In this document: positions 7,073-15,236 of the stretch, in pieces
How the letters are laid out: every line of letters starts with the position of its first letter
Position numbering within the stretch: the first letter of the stretch is position 1
NCBI GenBank assembly: GCA_046726415.1
Contig: JBKPAK010000186.1
Span: 1-25,731 of the forward strand
Length of the DNA: 25,731 nucleotides
From: Candidatus Methylomirabilota bacterium
GTDB taxonomy: Bacteria; Methylomirabilota; Methylomirabilia; Rokubacteriales; CSP1-6
Direction of reading: 5' to 3'
Translations under genes and position numbers: made by a program
The notes under the pieces: generated by a model
Databases searched by the model: none
What the model was told of the DNA's origin: nothing
The model's input: the letters and a program-made list of their open reading frames with translations, nothing else

Positions 7073-8542
7073 TTACTCGCCGGCCGCGCTGGCGCCGGCG
7101 AGGCGGCCGAACACCGCTCCCGACATGAGTCCCGTTCCACCGGGATAGTTGATGTGGAACAGCCCTCCCACCATCTCGCCGCAGGCGTAGAGGCCGGGAA
7201 TTGGCGCCCAGCTCGTGCTCATGACCCGCGCCCGATCATCGATCTTCACGCCGCCAAAGGTGAAGGTGATCCCACCGGTCACCGGGTACGCCGTGAAGGG
7301 CGGCGTGTCCAAGCGCTGCGCCCAGTTGGACTTCGGCAACTCCAGCCCCTTCGTGTGGAGGCCGTCGCGGATCGTCGGATCGAACGATCCCGCCTCCACG
7401 GCAAGGTTGTACTCCTCGAGCGTGGCCAGGCCCATCGCCCGATCCATCGGGAGCTTGTCGATCAGCTCGCGCAGCGAGTCGGCGACGGCCGGGGTACCCG
7501 TCTGGTAACGTCCCTCCAGCAGTGCCGTCACCTTGCTGTCGAAGATCTGATGGCCGACGCCGGAGGGCTGGCTGAGGATGATGCCGCCCAGCTTGGCGTA
7601 GGTGTAAAACTGGAAGTCCTCGCCCTCGTCGAAGAAGCGCCGGCCCCGTCCGTTGAGGAGCACACCGTACGGATACGACAGCCGGTTGGTCTTGTCGGTG
7701 AGCTTGCGATCGCCATACGGTGGCGCCGCGGCGTCGATGGGCGTGGAGTGGCACCCGGTCCACTGACCGTAGGCCAGGGCGCCGATCTCGATCGCCATGC
7801 GCAGCCCGTCCCCGGTGTTGTAGCGGGTGCCGCGCACCTTGGCGTGATCCCATGGCCGGCCGAGATAGCGAGCGCGCCACTCCGGATTGGATTCGAAACC
7901 GCCGCACCCGAGGACCACCGCGCGGGCCGTCAGCTCGTGGAATCCCTCGGCGTCGCGCGCGGTCACGCCGGTGACCCGCCCCCGTGCATCGTGCTGCAGG
8001 CGGACGGCGCACGTGGCGTAGCGGACCCCGACGCCCTGTCTGACCGCGCTGCTGAACCACATGGCCGAGAGGCCGACGCCCTCGTGGCGTGCGCGGATGA
8101 CCGCGCCGGGCGACCACTTCACGGTTTCGCCGATGCGCACCGCGCTGAGGGACACCGCCGGCTCCATCGCGATGCCGTGGCGCGCCATCCAGCGAACCGT
8201 GTCATACGAGCGATTGATCAGGACCTCGGACAGCTCCGGATCGCTGCGTCCCTCGGTCACCCGCATCAGATCGTGACGGAAGCGCTCGGGCGGATACGCT
8301 TCTACGCCGGCGTAGAAACCCGGCACCTCGCGCTCGGCATCGGGAACCAGCGGGCGCAACGCCTCCGCCGAGTCGTAGGCGAAGCGCAGAAGCCCGCCGC
8401 TGTAGTGGGTGTTGCCTCCCCGCAGTTCCTTGGGGGCCTTCTCCAGCACGACGACGCGGCCCGCGCCCTGCTCGCGCGCCGAGACCGCTGCCGCCAGCGC
8501 GGCGTTGCCCGCCCCCACCACGATCACGTCGTACTCCGGCAT
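7073..8542 (-). CDS. tcuA: FAD-dependent tricarballylate dehydrogenase TcuA-like flavoprotein
   Basis: ATG 8542, 489 aa. YDVIVVGAGNAALAAA, RGGNTHYSGG, GGFESNPEWRARYLG, VRGTRYNTGDG, GITFTFGG, GEMVGGLF..NYPGGTGLMSGAVFGR. Confidence 0.85.
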   Translation of the reverse strand: MPEYDVIVVGAGNAALAAAVSAREQGAGRVVVLEKAPKELRGGNTHYSGGLLRFAYDSAEALRPLVPDAEREVPGFYAGVEAYPPERFRHDLMRVTEGRSDPELSEVLINRSYDTVRWMARHGIAMEPAVSLSAVRIGETVKWSPGAVIRARHEGVGLSAMWFSSAVRQGVGVRYATCAVRLQHDARGRVTGVTARDAEGFHELTARAVVLGCGGFESNPEWRARYLGRPWDHAKVRGTRYNTGDGLRMAIEIGALAYGQWTGCHSTPIDAAAPPYGDRKLTDKTNRLSYPYGVLLNGRGRRFFDEGEDFQFYTYAKLGGIILSQPSGVGHQIFDSKVTALLEGRYQTGTPAVADSLRELIDKLPMDRAMGLATLEEYNLAVEAGSFDPTIRDGLHTKGLELPKSNWAQRLDTPPFTAYPVTGGITFTFGGVKIDDRARVMSTSWAPIPGLYACGEMVGGLFHINYPGGTGLMSGAVFGRLAGASAAGE

Positions 8543-8630
8543 CAGGGCCCTCCCGAGCGAGGATCTTCGCCAATCACCGCGGAGAAATTGCGGAGCGGAG
8601 GGGCCGCGTTCCTTCTCCCCAACATTTGAC

Positions 8631-8920
8631 TCAGCCCCCCAGGTCAGCCACGCGCTTGATCGGCGTGCCGTCGCACCGGGCAATCGCCCGGCGCACGGGT
8701 TTGGTCTGGCGGCCGAACGTGGGTTGCCAGCACGAGTGCTTGCCGACGCCCCCGGCGACGATGATGGTGATGTGATCGACGGAGTCGGCGATCGGCAGCA
8801 GTGTTCCGGGGTCGTCGCGATACCCTCGCGTCAGCTGAAAGCGTCGATACTCCTCGCCGAGCTGTCCGAGTGAAAGCGCGCGTGCTCGAAGACGTACTCT
8901 TTCACCTGCCGCTTGGTGAA
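8631..8920 (-). pseudogene. Start-less C-terminal remnant of a protein like those encoded next to UGSC genes, with a 1-nt frameshift near 8871
   Basis: Not in ORF track. FTKRQVKEYVFEHARF, frameshift, then LGQLGEEYRRFQLTRGYRDDPGTLLPIADSVDHITIIVAGGVGKHSCWQPTFGRQTKPVRRAIARCDGTPIKRVADLGG-TGA (8633). Strong GC3 codon bias; family assignment from recall. Confidence 0.7.
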
Positions 8921-8922
8921 CC

Positions 8923-9210
8923 TCAGTCGGCGCTGCCGACCAGGACGAAGTCGCACTTCGTGAGGTCGGCCAGGATCTCCGCCGAGGGCGCCCCCGCGAT
9001 GCCTTTCTCCCGCTTCACCACCTCGCGCACGCCATAGCGCTCCTTGAGGCGCTCGACCACCGCGAGCATGAGCGTCTCCGCGTTGGCCTTGCTGTTGTCA
9101 AGGATGCCGGCGCGGGTCCCATGGAGACTCACGAGCCGGGGTGCCAGCGCCGCCGCCACCGCGCGGGGCTCTGCCGTCTGATCGTAGAGCAGAACTCCCC
9201 GTTCACTCAT
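8923..9210 (-). pseudogene. UGSC-family (seleno)protein, N-terminal part ending at a probable selenocysteine UGA; broken right after U-G-S
   Basis: ATG 9210 with AGGAG RBS. LAPRLVSLHGTRAGILDNSKANA...CDFVLVGSAD then TGA GGT TCA (U-G-S). The expected Cys and C-terminal half are absent. Confidence 0.78.
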
Positions 9211-9451
9211 GGGAAGATCTCCTCTCACGCTTGGACGATTTCGAACATCGATGGGGCCGCGTCCTGCCCAGCGCTCCCGAGCGTCTCCGCATTCGGCAGG
9301 TTCGTCAAGCCAAACTGTCCTTGTCCGCGACGCCGGCCGCGCGTAGACTGGCGTTGTCCTCGAGTGTCCCCATCATGGCGTCGGGAGAAGCAGGAGCGAT
9401 AGGAATGGCGGAGAAGCGGTTGGGCGGCGGGAGGACTCGACCAGACTTTCT

Positions 9452-9742
9452 ATGAGCCCCCGCCGAAACTACGGGTTCGAACGCCGACAGCGGGAAACGA
9501 TTCGCCGCACGCGCCAGGAGGCCAAGCGGGAGCGCAAGGCTGAGCGCGCGGGTCAGGGCGCGACGGGACCGGAGATGGGCATCCCCGAAGATGCCGGAGC
9601 TCCTCCAGGACAGCTGGAGTGGTTCTCGCCCAGCCGCGGGCGCGTCGTGGCGACGGACAAGGGACAGCGGCCCGCCGGTGACTCGCCTGATGACTGGGTC
9701 CTCCTCACCGAGGGCGCCGAGGAGCCCGGTCCCGCCTCGTAA
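9452..9742 (+). CDS. Hypothetical protein with basic helical N-terminus
   Basis: 96 aa, GC3-biased codons, fills the gap between flanking genes. RNYGFERRQRE...EAKRERKAER; GGAGG upstream. Confidence 0.65.
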   Translation: MSPRRNYGFERRQRETIRRTRQEAKRERKAERAGQGATGPEMGIPEDAGAPPGQLEWFSPSRGRVVATDKGQRPAGDSPDDWVLLTEGAEEPGPAS

Positions 9743-9761
9743 ACGCACCGGCCGCCACGAT

Positions 9762-10985
9762 TCACGCCGAGCCCGTCGCGGGGGCCGTCACCCCCGCTGC
9801 ACGCAGGCCGGCCAGCTCATCGACGCTCAGGCTCAACACTTCGGAAAGCACCCGCTCGGTGTCCTGGCCGAGTAGCGGAGCCACGCGATCGACCGTCGCC
9901 GGTGCGCTGCCATGCAGGCGGATGGGCGAGATGGGCACCCGCGTCCGTCCGCGTCTGGAATGCTCGACGTCTACCCACGTTCCGCGTTCCATGAGGTGCG
10001 GGTCGTAGACCACCTCGCGAGTGGTGCGCACCGGCGCGCAGGGCACGTGCGCCTCGATGAGCGTCTTCAACACTTCCTCCTTGCCGCGCTGCCGAGTCCA
10101 CCCCTCCACGAGCGCGTCGATCTCCTCCGTCCGCGCGGCGCGGGAGGGAGTGCTGGCGAAGTCCGGGTTGCCGAGCAGATCGTCCCGCCCGAGGACGCGC
10201 GCGATGCTGTGCCAGTGGCGCTCGGAGGCGGTGAAGATCGCCACGTAGCCGTCCCTGGTCGGGTACACGTTGTAGGGCGCGATGGCCAGCGCCGGATGGC
10301 GATTGCCGGTGCGTACGGGCACGCCGCCGTCGCCGTCCATGAACACGCCGACAGCGCTGGCCAGGGCCATGACGGCCGCATCGAGCATCGCCACCTCGAC
10401 GAGCTGACCCTGTCCGGTTCGTTCGCGGTGCATCAGTGCCCCCAGGATCCCAGCGCACAGATGGACGCCGGCCAGGAAGTCGCACACAGCGGGCCCTGCT
10501 TTCACTGGAGGGCGATCCGCGAAGCCCGTAGCGTTCATGATGCCGCTCATCGCCTGGATGGTGAGATCCATGGCCGGGAGGTCCCGATAGGGGCCGGTCA
10601 GGCCGAAGCCACTTCCCGTCCCGTACACGAGCCGGGGGTTCTCGGCATGCAGCACGTCCCAGCCCAGGCCCAGGCGGTCCATCACGCCGGCGGCAAAGTT
10701 CTCCACGACCACATCGGCCCGGTTCACCAGGCGCAGGAACAGCGCCTTGCCCTGGGGGTGCTTGAGGTCGAGAACCACGGATTCCTTGTTGGAGTTGAGC
10801 ATCACCAACGGGTAGGGCTCCACGTTGCGCTTGCGGCGGCGCAGGACGTCGCCCTCCGGGGACTCGATCTTGATGACCCGCGCCCCCATGAAGCCCAGCA
10901 GGAGCCCGCAGTAGGGCCCGTTGTAGATCTGGCCCAGGTCGAGGACGAGCATGCCTTCGAGCGGATGGCGAATGGCGTGCGTCAT
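9762..10985 (-). CDS. Class III CoA-transferase (CaiB/BaiF, formyl-CoA transferase family)
   Basis: PLEGMLVLDLGQIYNGP, GARVIKIE, NSNKESVVLDLK, ADVVVENF, GFGLTGPY, AMDLTIQAMSG (catalytic Asp), APLLGQDT; GAGGAGG RBS. Confidence 0.95.
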   Translation of the reverse strand: MTHAIRHPLEGMLVLDLGQIYNGPYCGLLLGFMGARVIKIESPEGDVLRRRKRNVEPYPLVMLNSNKESVVLDLKHPQGKALFLRLVNRADVVVENFAAGVMDRLGLGWDVLHAENPRLVYGTGSGFGLTGPYRDLPAMDLTIQAMSGIMNATGFADRPPVKAGPAVCDFLAGVHLCAGILGALMHRERTGQGQLVEVAMLDAAVMALASAVGVFMDGDGGVPVRTGNRHPALAIAPYNVYPTRDGYVAIFTASERHWHSIARVLGRDDLLGNPDFASTPSRAARTEEIDALVEGWTRQRGKEEVLKTLIEAHVPCAPVRTTREVVYDPHLMERGTWVDVEHSRRGRTRVPISPIRLHGSAPATVDRVAPLLGQDTERVLSEVLSLSVDELAGLRAAGVTAPATGSA

Positions 10986-10999
10986 GGACCCTCCTCGGC

Positions 11000-11794
11000 T
11001 CAGCGACCCTGGAAGACCGGCGCGCGCTTCTCGACGAAGGCGCGAATCCCCTCGCGCGCATCTTCAGTCTCCGAGCACACGTTCTGGGCGAAGGTCTCGA
11101 ACTCGAGGGCGGCGCGCAGGTCGCTGTCGACGCTGTGGTAGAGCGCGCGCTTGGCCAGGCGAACGGCGATCGGCGGACCGGTGGCAATCTTCCGCGCCAG
11201 ATCGTTGGCGGTAGGCATCAGCGCTTCCGGCGCCACGACCTGGCTGACCAGCCCGAGGCGCATCGCCTCGGACGCATCGATGATGTCGCCGGTGAAGATC
11301 AGCTCGCAGGCCTTGGCCATGCCCACCACGCGTGGCAAGAAGTACGTCCCACCCCAGTCCGGGTGCAACCCCCGCCTGACGAAGGCCTGGGAGAACTTGG
11401 CTGCGGTGGACGCGATGCGGATGTCGCAGCCGAGGGCGAGGTTCATGCCCGCCCCCGCCGCAGCGCCGTTCACGGCAGCGATGATCGGCTGCGGTGCATC
11501 GCGCATGGCGAGCAGCGTGCGGTCGCGAGACGGCGCGATCTTCTCGATCAGCGGCCGTTCCCGCCGGTCTTCCTTGGCCTCGTTCATGGCCTTGACGTCG
11601 CCCCCGGCGCAGAACCCCTTGCCCGCCCCGGTCACGATCATCACCCGGACCTCGTGGTCGGCGCTGGCCCGGGTGACGGCATCCAGGAGATCGTCGCGCA
11701 GGCTGTCACCGAGCGCGTTGAGGCGCTCGGGCCGATTCAAGGTGAGGGTGGCGATCCCGTCCTTCACGTCGTACAGCAGACACTGGTAAGTCAT
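11000..11794 (-). CDS. Enoyl-CoA hydratase/isomerase family protein
   Basis: ATG 11794 with GGAGG RBS. TLNRPERLNAL, GFCAGGDV, PIIAAVNGAAAGAG, GLHPDWGGTYFLPR, AFVEKRAPVFQGR. Confidence 0.95.
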   Translation of the reverse strand: MTYQCLLYDVKDGIATLTLNRPERLNALGDSLRDDLLDAVTRASADHEVRVMIVTGAGKGFCAGGDVKAMNEAKEDRRERPLIEKIAPSRDRTLLAMRDAPQPIIAAVNGAAAGAGMNLALGCDIRIASTAAKFSQAFVRRGLHPDWGGTYFLPRVVGMAKACELIFTGDIIDASEAMRLGLVSQVVAPEALMPTANDLARKIATGPPIAVRLAKRALYHSVDSDLRAALEFETFAQNVCSETEDAREGIRAFVEKRAPVFQGR

Positions 11795-11882
11795 GCCTCC
11801 GGCTCCTTTCTCATGGCGTCTCTCGACGGACCTACCCGGCTTGCGATAGAAGAAGGGGACCATCCCGACCAGAGAGGAGCCT

Positions 11883-12320
11883 ATGGAACTCGAACGCCCC
11901 CTGCCCCACCCGATCACCCCCGAAGCCAAACCGTACTGGGACGGCGCCCGGGACGGCAAGCTCATGATCCCGAAGTGCCAGGCGTGCGGAAAGGCCTTCC
12001 TCTATCCGCGCGTCCTCTGCCCATTCTGCGCCTCCCGCGACATCACCTGGGTCCAGGCCAGCGGGCGCGGCCGGCTCTACTCCTTCGAGATCGCGCACCA
12101 GATCCTCAACAAGGCGTTCAAGGTGAAGACGCCGGTCGTCCTGGCCATGGTGGAGCTGGATGAGGGACCGCGCATGCTGACCAATCTGGTCAACGTCGAT
12201 CCCGATCCCAAGGCGCTTCGCTGCGACATGCCGGTAGAGGTTCTGTTCGAGAAGCTCACCGATCAGGTCAGCCTGCCGATCTTCCAACCGGCGAAGGCCG
12301 CGACGGGAGGTCCGCGGTGA
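11883..12320 (+). CDS. Zn-ribbon / OB-fold protein (DUF35, ChsH2 C-terminal-like)
   Basis: PYWDG, CQAC...YPRVLCPFC, SGRGRLYSF, VELDEGPRMLTNLV; AGGAG RBS. Confidence 0.93.
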   Translation: MELERPLPHPITPEAKPYWDGARDGKLMIPKCQACGKAFLYPRVLCPFCASRDITWVQASGRGRLYSFEIAHQILNKAFKVKTPVVLAMVELDEGPRMLTNLVNVDPDPKALRCDMPVEVLFEKLTDQVSLPIFQPAKAATGGPR

Positions 12321-12334
12321 TGGAGGGAGCGAAG

Positions 12335-13474
12335 ATGCGCGAACTGTCCAACTCGGTGTGCATCGTCGGCGTCGATGAGAGCGACGAGATCGGCACCCTG
12401 CCCAACAAGAGCCAGCTCACCCTGCACGTCGAGGCGATTCACAACGCCGCCCGCGACGCCGGCCTCAAAGTCTCCGACATCGACGGCGTCTTCACGGCCG
12501 GCCAGCACTCCCCCGCCACTATCGCGGAAGCGGTGGGTGTCGTGCCGCGCTTCGTCGATGGCACCACGGTGGGCGGGTGCTCCTTCATCATCATGGTCGG
12601 CCACGCCATGCTGGCCCTGCATCACGGGCTGTGCGACGTGGCGGTGATCTCTCACGGCGAATCCGGCCGCTCCGGCGTGGGCGTGACGCCCCGCCGCGAC
12701 ACCGCGCTGCCGGGCCAGTTCGAGATGCCGTATGGCTTCGGCGGTGCGCCCACCTACTTCGGTCTGATCACCACGCGCCACATGCACGAGCATGGCACGA
12801 CCCTCGAGCAGTGGGCGCAGGTGGCGGTCTCGACGCGCAAGTGGGCCGCTCTCAACCCCAAGGCCAGAAACCGCGATCCGCTCACCGTGCAGGACGTGCT
12901 CGCCTCCCGGCCCGTGGTCTGGCCGTTCAACATCCTGAATATCTGCCTGGTCACCGACGCCGGCGGGGCGGTCGTGATGACCCGGGTCGACCGGGCGCGA
13001 GACTGCGCCAAGAAGCCCGTCTACATCCGGGGCGCTGGCGAGGGGGCGGAGCACGTGATGCTGACCCAGATGCGTAACTTGACCTTCAGCGAGGCCACGC
13101 GGATCTCGGGCCAGAAGGCCTTCGCGATGGCCGGCGTCGAGCCCGCGGACTTCCACCACATCATGCTCTACGACGCATTCACCTCGGGGCCGCCGATCAT
13201 GCTGGAGTCGCTCGGTCTCTGCAAGCCAGGGGAGGGTGTCCACTTCTTCGAAGAGGGGCGGTCGACGCCGGGCGGGAAGCTGCCCATCAACACCAATGGT
13301 GGCGGACTGTCCTATACCCACAGCGGCATGTACGGCATCTTCCCCATCATCGAGGCGGTGCGCCAGCTGCGCCGCGAGTGCGGCGCGCGCCAGGTGCCGA
13401 ACGCCTCGCTCTCCCTGGTCAACGGCATGGGCGGGATGCTCTCCGCCGCCGGCACGCTCGTGCTCTCGAATTAG
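12335..13474 (+). CDS. Thiolase-fold protein (SCP2/Ltp2-like)
   Basis: ATG 12335 with GGAG RBS. RHMHEHGTT.EQ, WAALNPKA, CLVTDAGGAVV, LYDAFT, GGKLPINTNGGGLSYTH, EAVRQLR. Confidence 0.92.
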   Translation: MRELSNSVCIVGVDESDEIGTLPNKSQLTLHVEAIHNAARDAGLKVSDIDGVFTAGQHSPATIAEAVGVVPRFVDGTTVGGCSFIIMVGHAMLALHHGLCDVAVISHGESGRSGVGVTPRRDTALPGQFEMPYGFGGAPTYFGLITTRHMHEHGTTLEQWAQVAVSTRKWAALNPKARNRDPLTVQDVLASRPVVWPFNILNICLVTDAGGAVVMTRVDRARDCAKKPVYIRGAGEGAEHVMLTQMRNLTFSEATRISGQKAFAMAGVEPADFHHIMLYDAFTSGPPIMLESLGLCKPGEGVHFFEEGRSTPGGKLPINTNGGGLSYTHSGMYGIFPIIEAVRQLRRECGARQVPNASLSLVNGMGGMLSAAGTLVLSN

Positions 13475-13510
13475 CCGTCAATCACGAGGCCACAACCGGC
13501 GCGCGGCGCT

Positions 13511-13549
13511 GACGAGGCGGGGAGGGAGCGAACGCTCCCCCCGCCGTCG
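13511..13549. terminator. GC-rich hairpin between convergent thiolase-fold and SDR genes
   Basis: gacgaggcggggagggagcg-aa-cgctccccccgccgtc inverted repeat. No U-tract, so the terminator role is uncertain. Confidence 0.4.
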
Positions 13550-13581
13550 CCTACATAGCGGTGGGCTCGCTCCGCCCGCCG

Positions 13582-14469
13582 TCAAACCGGCCACGGGATC
13601 TTCATCGCGTCGAACCGCCTCAGGCGATCCTGCCCCAGCGTCCGGTCCCAGGCGTCGGCGAGCGCTTCCGGCGTCCATGGGATGGCGTTCGTCGCCGTAC
13701 GGAGCGGCGCCGGATGCGAAAAGATCGTGACCTCCGGGCCGCGCACACCAACCACCTGACCCGTGATGTGGGCGGCGCGGTCGCTGGCCAGGAAAGCCAC
13801 GACGGGGCCGATGGCCTCCGGCGGGGCGGCCGTGGCGAGTCCGCGGCGTTCGCCGGGCAGGCGCTGGGTCATGCGCGTGTCGGCGGTGGGCGAGATGGCG
13901 TTACAGCGCACACCGTACTTGGCCATGGCCAGCGCCGTGGAGCGCATGAGCCCCACGATGCCCTCCTTGGCCGCCGAGTAGTTCGGCTGGCCCGGGCTGC
14001 CTTCGAGGCCGGCGGTGGAGGTGAAGCCGATGATGCAACCGGACTTCTTCTCGCGCATGTGCCGGGTGGCCGGCTGCATGACCGTGAAATGCCCCTTGAG
14101 ATGCACGGCGATGACGGCGTCCCACTCTTCTTCGCTCATGTTGAAGATCATGCGTTCGCGAAGGATGCCTGCGCAGCAGACGAGCACGTGAAGATCGCCG
14201 AACTCCCGCAGCGCCAGATCGATGACGCCCCGCCCTCCGGTCATGGTTGCCACGCTCTCGGGGCTGGCAATCGCCTGGCCGCCGTGCTTCTCGATCTCCG
14301 CCACAACCTGATTGGCCGGCTCGCTGGAGGGATCCCGGCCATCCACGCTGACACCGTAGTCGTTGACGACGACCTTCGCGCCGGCTCGCGCCAGCTCGAG
14401 CGAGACGGCGCGTCCGATCCCCGTTCCGCCACCCGTGACGACCGCCACCTTGCCGTCTAGCAATCCCAT
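13582..14469 (-). CDS. SDR-family NAD(P)-dependent oxidoreductase
   Basis: ATG 14469. LDGKVAVVTGGGTGIGRA, VVVNDYG, AGILR, VHLKGHF, YxxxK (NYSAAK), NAISP.A.TRMT. Confidence 0.95.
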   Translation of the reverse strand: MGLLDGKVAVVTGGGTGIGRAVSLELARAGAKVVVNDYGVSVDGRDPSSEPANQVVAEIEKHGGQAIASPESVATMTGGRGVIDLALREFGDLHVLVCCAGILRERMIFNMSEEEWDAVIAVHLKGHFTVMQPATRHMREKKSGCIIGFTSTAGLEGSPGQPNYSAAKEGIVGLMRSTALAMAKYGVRCNAISPTADTRMTQRLPGERRGLATAAPPEAIGPVVAFLASDRAAHITGQVVGVRGPEVTIFSHPAPLRTATNAIPWTPEALADAWDRTLGQDRLRRFDAMKIPWPV

Positions 14470-14587
14470 CGTCGCGTTCCTCGCTAAAGCGTCGCTGTGC
14501 CAACCGGGAGCCATCGTGCTCCACCCGCCGCCGCATCGTCAAGGCGCCGAGGGAGCGCGTTCAGACGATTGCTTCGGCGGGGCGTCG

Positions 14588-15184
14588 CTAGCCGCGCAAC
14601 ACGAAGTCGAATGTCGCTACCTTGCCGTCAGTGGTCTCGCGCACCGGCAGGACCAGCGCCTGACTGAAGAGACCATCGCGCTGATTCTGGGATTCTCCCG
14701 GGAAGTAGAGCTGCGTGGTGAGAACCGGGCGGCCAGGCGCCTGGACCTTCAAGTGAATGTGTCGGGTCCGGCCCGGATAGAGGCCTGGCACAATGGTCTC
14801 GAGGCGATAGCGCCCCCCCTCATCAGTGAATTGATGGCCGCGCAGCGTGAACCCGACGTTGTCGTACTCGCCCTTGTCGTCGGCCTGCCAGACGTCGATC
14901 AACGCGCGGGCAACGCGTTTGCATTCGGTAGACAACACGAAGCCCGTGATGATGATCTTCGTCCCGGTCATGCCGCGCTCCAGGAGTGAGGTGCGCGGCG
15001 GCGAGGCGGGCTTGAAGTAGGGACCCTCGGTCTGTCTGGGCGTGGGCGCAGCCGCCGCGCACGAAGGTGTCGGCGGCAACGCCTGAGTCTGAGCCGCCGC
15101 GTCGGGCGACAGCCCAAGCGCGAGAGCGGCAGGCATACCGAGCATCCTGAGGAACTGGCGACGAGGAGGCGCCTGATTCAGCAT
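14588..15184 (-). CDS. Intradiol ring-cleavage dioxygenase-like protein with Tat signal
   Basis: PRRQFL twin-arginine signal; TEGPYF, DVWQADDKGEYD, LRGHQFTD, PGLYPGRTRHIH (2 Tyr and 2 His iron ligands); AGGAGGAG RBS. Confidence 0.9.
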   Translation of the reverse strand: MLNQAPPRRQFLRMLGMPAALALGLSPDAAAQTQALPPTPSCAAAAPTPRQTEGPYFKPASPPRTSLLERGMTGTKIIITGFVLSTECKRVARALIDVWQADDKGEYDNVGFTLRGHQFTDEGGRYRLETIVPGLYPGRTRHIHLKVQAPGRPVLTTQLYFPGESQNQRDGLFSQALVLPVRETTDGKVATFDFVLRG

Positions 15185-15236
15185 GAAATTTCTCCTCCTG
15201 TCGCAGCGTACACCGGCGTGCTAGATTACCGGCGCC

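Noticed and set aside
8901-8920. Hairpin TTCACC-N8-GGTGAA just after the UGA as a SECIS element
   Set aside because: It starts only 2 nt after the UGA, has a 6-bp stem, and lies in sequence derived from the fused downstream gene; probably coincidental.
9230-9450. Possible riboswitch or structured leader upstream of the UGSC gene
   Set aside because: Only short GC-rich pairings (cctgcc/ggcagg) expected by chance; no recognisable aptamer consensus.
14488-14503. Sigma-54 promoter-like TGGCAC upstream of the SDR gene (minus strand)
   Set aside because: GG-to-GC spacing is 9 rather than 10 nt and the TTGC element is missing.
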